Assembly: GCA_963706285.1 (NCBI GenBank)
Contig: CAVPLU010000004.1
Location: 320,001 to 384,000, forward strand
From: Candidatus Bathyarchaeota archaeon
GTDB taxonomy: Archaea > Thermoproteota > Bathyarchaeia > 40CM-2-53-6
Direction: 5' to 3'
DNA length: 64,000 nt
The notes under the pieces were generated by a model that saw only the letters and a program-made list of their open reading frames with translations, was not told the DNA's origin and made no database searches. Below, piece after piece: positions 51,875-64,000 of the stretch. The position numbers and the translations under genes are program-made. The stretch's first letter is position 1, and each line of letters begins with the position of its first letter.

Positions 51875-52006
51875 GGGCCTGTAGCTCAGCTTGGTGGAGC
51901 ACACGGCTGATATGCGGCTGTACTCCGCTTTGCCACCGTGACGGGTAAGGAACAGGTTCCTTTCCCGCGGTATGGGTCGCCGGTTCGAATCCGGCCAGGC
52001 CCACCA
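51875..52006 (+). tRNA. tRNA-Ile(GAT) with introns at 37/38 and 43/44
   Basis: GGGCCTG/CAGGCCC acceptor and CCA. Introns 51913-51934 and 51941-51973. Confidence 0.92.
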
Positions 52007-52027
52007 ATTCTCATATTCACGAGAGCC

Positions 52028-52320
52028 TTAATCTAGCATTGGCATCTTCAAGTGATTTTCACGTGCAGTCTTCTTCGCATACTCGTAGCCGGCGTCAGCG
52101 TGACGGACAACTCCAATGCCCGGATCTGTAGTCAGAACGTTTACGATTTTTCCTTCAGCCAGTTTTGTTCCATCCGCAACTAGACACATTCCGGCGTGGA
52201 TGCTGTAGCCGATTCCCACTCCTCCGCCGTGATGTACTGAGACCCATGTTGCGCCAGAGACCACGTTCAAGAGGGCATTCAGGATCGGCCAGTCTGCGAC
52301 TGCATCACTGCCATCCATCT
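52028..52320 (-). pseudogene. hutU: Urocanate hydratase C-terminal fragment
   Basis: [50 protein letters not shown]. Confidence 0.9.
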
Positions 52321-53198
52321 GCCATCTCTTCGAGTCCCGTATCTGAGGAACATAGAAGACGGTCTGCCGAGACTGCGCCAACCTCAGCCGCTAACGCAGC
52401 TCCACCGGTGTCGACAAATTCATCCGCATGAATTTTCGGTTTCAATCCTAGTCGCTGAGCAGCCTTGAGGATTCTTCGTGATTGTTCAATCGTGAAGACG
52501 CCTTTTTCACAGAACACGTCGCAGAACCGAGCTAACTTCTTCTCTGCGACTTTCGGAATCATATCTTCTATGACTAGGTCCACATACTCGTTCGATCTTC
52601 CCTCGTACTCTTCAGGAATCGCATGTGCGCCCAAGAAAGTTGGAACAACATCGAACGGTCCGGCCCTGTCTAGAGATCCTGCGACTTGCAGATATTTGAT
52701 TTCCTTAGACGTGGTGAGGCCGTACCCACTTTTTGTTTCTATTGTGGTGGTCCCATGCAGAAGCAATGATCGTGCTCTCTTGAGAGAGATATCGAAAAGC
52801 TGGTGCTTTCCTGTCTTTCTTGTTTCTTTGACTGTACTTAGGATTCCGCCGCCTGCGACGAGGATTTCCATATAGGATTTCCCGCTGAGTTTCATCTCGA
52901 ATTCCATATCTCTGAAGCCGGCAAAGATGAGGCGAGTGTGAGGATCAACTAGTCCAGGCAGTACCGTCTTGTCTGAAGCGTCGATTACGTGCTTGGATCG
53001 ATACGCTGAGAGTATTTCACGCGTTTTTCCGACCTTGACTATTCTTCCATTTCGAATAGCGATCGCGCCGTCATGAATTACTGTGATGTTGCATTGTTGA
53101 GGGCCGAACGCAGGATGAAGATTTCTTCCCGTAGGTGTAGCGATCTCAGCGGCGTGAGCTGCAATGAGGTCGACTTCTTGTCGCTGCAAGTCGATCAT
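52305..53198 (-). pseudogene. hutI: Imidazolonepropionase, C-terminally truncated
   Basis: GGGILSTV, KSGYGL, FLGAHA, DVFCEKG, IHADE. Metal His residues are replaced (DPHTR, ADRL). Confidence 0.88.
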
Positions 53199-53394
53199 CT
53201 AGTATGAGATGTTCGTAGGATTTGAGAACATGCTGTATTAGATGTTCACTCTGAATGAGGCAGAACGTTTTGATTGGCGATTCTTGATCGAAGCTCACAA
53301 GGGTTATGAGTGAGTGTGACGATCGAATTGTGTACACTTCAACGCTCGGCGAAGTTAGGCATGTACGTTGAAACGAGTTCACTGAAAATTGACG

Positions 53395-53410
53395 CGGAAA
53401 TGTTTATATC
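53395..53410 (+). promoter_or_regulatory. Probable rRNA operon promoter (BRE-TATA)
   Basis: CGGAAATG-TTTATAT about 270 nt upstream of the 16S. Confidence 0.5.
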
Positions 53411-53671
53411 CCGTGGGACGTGAGTCGTGAATCCAGCCAAGATCGCTTGGCTTCCCGCACTTTCCGTGGCGGCGTCAACTGGACTATGAGGGCGTTTCGC
53501 CCTCGGATGAAGTGTTGACCTCCAATTGCGGGAAAATTCGTGAAGGCCCGAACAAACAGCAGTCATCATTGACTTGCTGGAACGCTTGGGTCCAATGTAG
53601 GCTTGCAGTCACCTGCCAATTTCCAGTCCGTTTCACATTTTCATGTGTGACGGTATTTCCATATCGTCCTA

Positions 53672-55198
<1,527 letters not shown>

Positions 55199-55395
55199 TA
55201 GAAAAGATGAGGCGGACTGGAAGACAAATGAGATGACTGTGAGCTAATCGTATCGAATCAAATGCAACTTCCAACATCAATGTTGGAGGTGAAGGGCGCA
55301 GTGGGCATCCTATAGCGTACGGATGATCGCAATGAGCATCGTGCAGAGGCCTCGAACGCTAAACGACTGTGGGTTCCCAAGTAAGCTCGACATGA

Positions 55396-58432
<3,037 letters not shown>

Positions 58433-58570
58433 CTGAGCTGAAAAAGAGAACCCACATTCGGGCGTAATTCAAGGCCTCAAACACGTGCTTACCTTTTTTC
58501 TATAATTTCAAGTCTGCAGCGTGAGCTATAGTCGCAACTCTTGAGTACTGCATTAGGCATACATTGGAAT

Positions 58571-58866
58571 GGTTGGCGAGCCGGTGGGCGACTTCCGAGC
58601 TTCGGCTTGAGGAAACTCCACCCACAAGACGGAGGCGCGACGTTGCGAGACGTCAGGCGAGAGCCTGGGCGAGGACACAGAAAGAAAACCGGCATCAGTC
58701 AATGGCAATGAGGCGAAGACGCCGAGGAGACTATTGTCAGGGTGAAACGTCTGCCCGCGTTGTGAAAGGGATAATAGGCACTGATGAACGCCGTCCGAGG
58801 TGCGGGTATCCCGATTAGACAAATGTCGCCGCGAACAGAAGGTGGGTTACGGCCGGCACGCCAACC
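58571..58866 (+). ncRNA. rnpB: RNase P RNA
   Basis: P1 GGTTGGCG/CGCCAACC, GAGGAAACTCCACCC, GGGTGAAAC, AACAGAAGGTGGGTTA (P4 pairing). Confidence 0.93.
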
Positions 58867-58912
58867 AATTATCGCAAATTCCCAATCGCATAGAAATCGG
58901 AGGACCCCAACA

Positions 58913-59716
58913 TTGATTGATGTCTTGACGCTTGATGTGACAGGACTTCTAGCCAGTTTCACATTTCTAATCTACTCTTCATGGAGTGACATCAAGAGCA
59001 GAGAGGTCTCCGATCGAGTATGGTTGATCTTCTATCCAGTGGGTCTTGTGCTGACTGCAATTAGACTATTCGTCCAAACCGATGTATGGGTACTGATACT
59101 CGTCTCGCTTTTCAGCACGATTGTGATCTCTCTTCTGTTGCCGTATCTTGGATTCTGGGGTGGAGCGGATGGAAAAGGCTTCATCTGCCTTGCGCTCATG
59201 AATCCACTAATTCCTGCGCTCGACGGAAACCTATCCCACATCATCGACCCATTCTTTCCACTTGTTGTATTCTCCAACGCTTACGTTGCATCCCTCACAT
59301 CGATAGCCTATCCTATCCAAAGAAACCTGAGGGAGTGTCTCCGAGGCATGCTCTTTGAGGGATTCGAGCACGAGAGCTTTCTACACAAGCTGACAGCCTT
59401 TCTCACAGGGTACAAGGTTCAGATCGATGAGTTGGAGTCAAAGCCTCACCTTTTCCTTCTGGAATCGGTTCATTGGCAAGAATCAAAAGCTAGGCGAAGA
59501 TTCGAATTCGATCCCAGGATCAACTTTGATCGCAGCAGAGAACTGGCAGAGATCAGAGCAGCAGGTTCAGGATTACTTGGTCGCGGGGTCTGGGTAAGTC
59601 CTGGTCTTCCGTTCCTGATCTTTGTCACGTTGGGCTTGGGGATCTCTCTGCTATTCGGTGACGTCGTGTGGTCGTTTGTCTCAGCTGTAATGCACGCTAT
59701 CTCGGCTCTAGTCTAG
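58913..59716 (+). CDS. Prepilin/preflagellin peptidase (A24, PibD/FlaK-like)
   Basis: SWSDIKSREVSD, GGADGK, VWVSPGLPFL. TTG start after GGAGG. Confidence 0.9.
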   Translation: MIDVLTLDVTGLLASFTFLIYSSWSDIKSREVSDRVWLIFYPVGLVLTAIRLFVQTDVWVLILVSLFSTIVISLLLPYLGFWGGADGKGFICLALMNPLIPALDGNLSHIIDPFFPLVVFSNAYVASLTSIAYPIQRNLRECLRGMLFEGFEHESFLHKLTAFLTGYKVQIDELESKPHLFLLESVHWQESKARRRFEFDPRINFDRSRELAEIRAAGSGLLGRGVWVSPGLPFLIFVTLGLGISLLFGDVVWSFVSAVMHAISALV

Positions 59717-60264
59717 GAATCCACGTCGCGAGTCTCAAGGCCGTAGTCCAACTGAACTTTGACAATACCCACTTCGCTGTTCACGCGAGCGTAGCTGGTG
59801 AGCAGTTCCTTGTTCAAACCCAAGAAGGTTTCACCCCATCCAAACGGGGAGAGAAGTTCCCTCGCTTGCGATCTGAATCCCATGATATGCAGGGCAGCGC
59901 CCAGAGCCTCAGCGGTAGATAGTCTTCCTATCCTTGCATAGTTCACTGGATTCGCTGCCATCAGAGGAGGAAGCTTGCGGCTTGCCCCAGGAAACTGAGT
60001 CATGAAGACTCCCTCGGCTTTCTCCCAAGAGCAATCAATCGCTATGACCCCTGATCTAACAGCGTTAGTAGCGTCCGACCGCAATAGAAACCTGGGCGAA
60101 GCAGGATTCAAAACGATCGGATCCCCTCGTATCCTCGACATTCTTCGCAGGGGGATCGCGAGCCCCCTTCTCGTGAGAAGCGAGGCAGTGCACTTGCGTG
60201 GGTCATCCTGTTCCATCATGTACACGAAGATCCTTGGTCGACCTGTGTGCAGCTTGCTTCGCAT
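59713..60264 (-). CDS. tsr3: 16S rRNA aminocarboxypropyltransferase
   Basis: QDDPRKCTA, IDCSW, LPPLMAANPVNY, LSTAEAL, FGWGETF. Confidence 0.93.
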   Translation of the reverse strand: MRSKLHTGRPRIFVYMMEQDDPRKCTASLLTRRGLAIPLRRMSRIRGDPIVLNPASPRFLLRSDATNAVRSGVIAIDCSWEKAEGVFMTQFPGASRKLPPLMAANPVNYARIGRLSTAEALGAALHIMGFRSQARELLSPFGWGETFLGLNKELLTSYARVNSEVGIVKVQLDYGLETRDVDS

Positions 60265-60514
60265 CCGACTTCGCTTCTGAATGATGAGTCGAGTCGTCGA
60301 CTGATAGGTCTTCGGAATGTGAGCTCTGTTACATTCTCGTCTGGTGCAAGGTCATCTTTGTTCAGTTAGCAGACGGTTCTTGACACCAAGGGCAAACAGG
60401 TACAACAGACGAGGACTTGACAATACCATTTCACGGCAACCTAGAACAAGAATTCGTATGTTCATTCGATTCCAGTTGGATTAAACAATTTATACCAAAC
60501 GGCCCAATGAAGCT

Positions 60515-60787
60515 GTGATTGTGATGACGACAGGTTTTGATGAATTCGACAACAGAATCCATGACTTGGTTGAACGGGAAAACGAGTGTGATGACCTGTT
60601 CAAAGATATCAAGAATGGCAACGGCGAAAACTCACTGCGCTATTTTGCACTAAGAGATACTTGCAAAGAGTTGAGAAAAGGAATTTTCAAAAGTGCCATG
60701 TCGGCAGGATTAACGCGGGAAAGCATCAAGATGGAGATCAATGAAGTAAGAAGCGAGACGATCGCTACTAACGCGAAGCAGACGTAG
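60515..60787 (+). CDS. Hypothetical protein between IS-end-like motifs
   Basis: 90-aa ORF with TTTATA upstream. Confidence 0.45.
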   Translation: MIVMTTGFDEFDNRIHDLVERENECDDLFKDIKNGNGENSLRYFALRDTCKELRKGIFKSAMSAGLTRESIKMEINEVRSETIATNAKQT

Positions 60788-60990
60788 CAAGAAACATCTG
60801 AATCAACCGATTTCTTACAACAGGAACCAGTATGTCATCAGCCGACTCTTTACAGGCTTCTCCATCAACCGTACACTAGACAGTGTTGGAATGTGAGAGC
60901 TGTCAAGTCCTCGGTTTATTGTGCGTCCTGAATGGGTTGTCAAAAGTCGGATGATTAGTTACTTTGACACAGGCTATTACCGATCAAGAT

Positions 60991-61395
60991 TCAAGCCAGA
61001 CTCCATCTGAACACATTTGGCTTGTTTAGGACCCCGAGTTCCTGCAAGACTGCCGCGAGTTGTTGCTCACAAGTCTCCGGAACGATCACATGGAAAGGCA
61101 CAACTTTGCCTTCAGATTTTCCTGCGGTCATCTGCCTGCTTGAGAAGTCTTCGAATTGCTCTTTGCTTTTGTTTGAGGTCAAGTCATCACATGTTTTCGC
61201 TTCACCTATGATGTTGATTCCTTCCTTGTCGTCGTAAGCTCGGATGTCTGGTTCGTGTCTTCCTGCTTTTTCTGGTTCGTCGAAACCGGGGTATGATGCT
61301 TTGCGAATCTTGAATCCGTCCTTGAGGAATTTCTCAATCAACGTCTTCACAAGCCTCTGATGCTCGTTGCTTGCAGCCTCTAGAACTCTTGCCAC
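60991..61395 (-). CDS. PD-(D/E)xK nuclease-like protein
   Basis: HEPDIRA...IIGEAKT pattern; GGTGA and TTTATA upstream. Confidence 0.6.
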   Translation of the reverse strand: MARVLEAASNEHQRLVKTLIEKFLKDGFKIRKASYPGFDEPEKAGRHEPDIRAYDDKEGINIIGEAKTCDDLTSNKSKEQFEDFSSRQMTAGKSEGKVVPFHVIVPETCEQQLAAVLQELGVLNKPNVFRWSLA

Positions 61396-61462
61396 CTATG
61401 GTCACCATCTCTGATTCGCTCAAAATGCCTTATAAAAGGTCGGATATGCTGGCCCGTGCCGA

Positions 61463-61970
61463 TTTCTCAAGATCAAGGGCAATCCGAAGTATCTCTACGC
61501 TCTCCTAGACGATGAGACAAGGTTCTGGATAGCGAAAGAGGTTGCGGGCGACAAGATGAGCCGTGAAGCAACCGAGTACGCAAGCGATCTATTCCGACAA
61601 GGCAAAGAAGTCACGGGCAAGAAGCCACGTACACTCATCACTGACGGCTTGAAAGCCTATCACCTAGCGTACAAGCGTGAGTTCTTCTCGTCTGAAAGAC
61701 CACGAACGGAACATCTCACTTGGCAAGATGACGGAGTGGATAATCGAAAGATGGAGTCATTCAACGGAAACACGGTGAGGGTTCGAGAGAAGGTTATGCG
61801 CTCACTCAAGACAGAGGACAGCCCAATACTGGACGGGTATGCAAATCTTCCACAACTACCTCAGACCGAACCAAGGAATAGGCAACCACACACCCTCAGA
61901 ACTTGCAGGAATCCAAGTCGAACGGAGAGAACAAGTGGATCACACTAATCCAAAACGCCAGCCAAGCGGA
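61463..61970 (+). mobile_element. 5'-truncated, frameshifted IS6-family transposase
   Basis: FLKIKGNPKYLYALLDDETRFWIA, LITDGLKAY, NRKMESFNG, QIFHNYLRP. Paralog of 12659-13099. Confidence 0.8.
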
Positions 61971-62122
61971 GCGGAGATCACGATGACCGAAGCTCGAAGA
62001 ATCAATTTACACGACGATCTAAACTGAGTCGTTATGTATCATCTAGAAGCGCATCCGTTTATAGGCACGAGATCGAATTGGGCAACATGATTCGAGTCAG
62101 GTAGCAAGTGTAATTCGGGCAA

Positions 62123-62644
62123 ATGTGTACCGAAAACACCAAGCCGACAAGAACGGGCTCTTGCACGATGCACTCTATGGAGAACAAGATAGGAATACGC
62201 GTTGTGAAGGAATCGGGGTATCAAAGACCGCTTTGCATGTTCACGCAACGCCCGGAGTATCCAGCGCTACGTAACACGACAACGTCGACCGATTGGCTCA
62301 ATACTAGAGACCCGCAACTGAAGAATGCAGATAACGTAGACATAGCGCTGCCGAAGAAAATCACGACTGAGAAGGACACTTGGTCATTCACTATAGAACA
62401 AGCAGGAGAACGCAAGACGAGAAAGTCAACCGACTATCCAGCGATACTAAAGATAGTAGATGCATCAGACCAAACGTTTTTACAGCGTCATCAGACCAAA
62501 CACAGACTTAACAGCGCTGGAATGTGGAATATTTTTAAGTTGGATTGGTTGGAACCGGAAGATGCCAATCTTCCTCCATATCGGCCTTATCCGCTCTCGC
62601 GGATAGCCAGTGGAGGAGGGTTGGCGCTTCTCGATTCGACTTGA
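62123..62644 (+). CDS. Hypothetical protein (possible passenger fragment)
   Basis: 173-aa ORF after the transposase; no motif recognised. Confidence 0.4.
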   Translation: MCTENTKPTRTGSCTMHSMENKIGIRVVKESGYQRPLCMFTQRPEYPALRNTTTSTDWLNTRDPQLKNADNVDIALPKKITTEKDTWSFTIEQAGERKTRKSTDYPAILKIVDASDQTFLQRHQTKHRLNSAGMWNIFKLDWLEPEDANLPPYRPYPLSRIASGGGLALLDST

Positions 62645-64000
62645 TCACTGCGTTGCGCGTAGTTCCTTGTGCAGCATCGGTTCATTCATGATCTTGGGAA
62701 TCAAGTGGATCAGATCGGTTGGTGCGAGATGATTGCCCAACTCTACCACTGCAAGATCCCCTGCCGCTCCGTTGATGAATGCGCCGGCAACTGAGGCCTT
62801 GAATTCGGTTACGCCTTGTGCCATCAAACCCGCAACTATTCCTGACAGGACGTCACCTGTGCCCCCGACCGTCATCGCCGGGTTACCTGTTCGGTTGAGC
62901 TTCACGCGCTTACCGTCGGAGACGATGTCCACGTGGCCCTTCAGAAGAACCGTTCCGCCTAAGGCGATCGCCAGCGAGCGAGTCTCTTCGACCCTTTTCT
63001 TTGGATCGTCCGAGGGTGCTCGACCTGATAGGACCTGGAATTCTCCTGCATGAGGCGTTGCAACAACGGGAAACCCCACGCGTTTTGTTATCTTTCCCAT
63101 CGCCTTGATCGCGTCGGCATCAATCAGTGTAGGCTTCTTACATTCCTTCACTGTGCTCAGAATCTTAGCCACAGCCTTGACGGTCTCGTTATGCGTTCCG
63201 AGCCCAGGCCCGATCGCCACGCAAGTCGATCTCTCGATGTGAGGTCTAAGTATTCCAACGTTGTTTTCGTTCAGATGATCGCCGGGAAGTCTGATTGTTA
63301 TCAGATTCGGCGAGAACGATGCTATAGAACGCGGCAGTCTTCTCTGGAGCTGCAACAAAGACCAGGTCAACCCCAGTCCGGAGTCCTGCAAGCGCGACAA
63401 GGGACGGAGCACCTGAATAGGTTTCGTTTCCTCCGATTACTAGAAGCCGACCGAAATCTCCTTTGTGCGATTCAGGAAACCTAGGTGTCGTTACGTCCTC
63501 CACATCGCCGGGGCCGGCATAGTTCTCCGCTTCAGGGGGAATTCCTATTCCTGCGACTTTGACCTCTCCGCAATACTTCTTGGCTAATCGCAGGCCTGGT
63601 TTCCTCGCGTGGAACGTGATGGTCAGGTTTGCGTTCAGGGCTTCTCCGAGAACGCCTCCTGTATCAGAATCTATTCCGGTCGGCACATCGACGGCGACCT
63701 TGAAGCATTTCATCTCGTTGATGGTCTCAACCGCTCTCGTGATAGGTTGTCGTAAGGCGCCTCTTGCACCGGTCCCGAGCAGTGCATCGACGACGACATC
63801 GCACTTACGTGACGAAATCTGCGACGAATCTCTGGCAACTTCAATCGTCACGGTCTCTGACATCGCGTTGATTGCGTGCCAGTTGATGGATGTCGCTTCA
63901 TCACGTATTTCGCTTGGAGCACCAACTAGAACTAAGGTGACATGGAATCCACGGCTTGCCAGATGCCTCGTCGCCACCATCCCATCTCCGCCGTTCCTGC
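62645..64000 (-). CDS. nnr: Bifunctional NAD(P)H-hydrate repair enzyme NnrE-NnrD, frameshift near 63330, 5' end outside the window
   Basis: VDALLGTG, VDVPTG, HKGDFG, IGPGLG, IDADA, TPHAGEF, GGTGDVLSG. Confidence 0.93.

Noticed and set aside
60281-60345. Possible C/D-box sRNA (ATGATGA...CTGA)
   Set aside because: No good C' or D box, and only a 7-nt match to rRNA was seen.

Overview
Archaeal chromosome segment of TACK type. Crenactin, topoisomerase IB, SMC, a histone, eL38 and the rRNA together fit Bathyarchaeia or a close relative (inference). It is mostly housekeeping genes (smc, uppS, ABCE1, tsaC/THUMP/cgi121, thermosome, tgtA, dys, rps17e, tsr3, nnr) plus a 16S-23S operon, RNase P RNA and seven tRNAs. 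Decayed accessory islets and two IS6-like remnants lie between them. The strongest signals are in the RNA genes. (1) The 23S peptidyl-transferase centre is heavily and covariantly rewritten (A2062U/A2503U, C2452U/U2504C, G2447A, A2448G, A2453U, A2497U, U2500C, C2573U; E. coli numbering, aligned by eye). (2) All seven tRNAs are interrupted, with 14 BHB-type introns, 10 at non-canonical sites including 9/10, 15/16 and 34/35. (3) The 16S carries a 25-nt hairpin insertion at position 908. Also present are a four-gene crenactin/arcadin operon and several small ORFs missing from the ORF track. Several conserved genes have single frameshifts, probably sequencing or assembly indels, so pseudogene calls are tentative.
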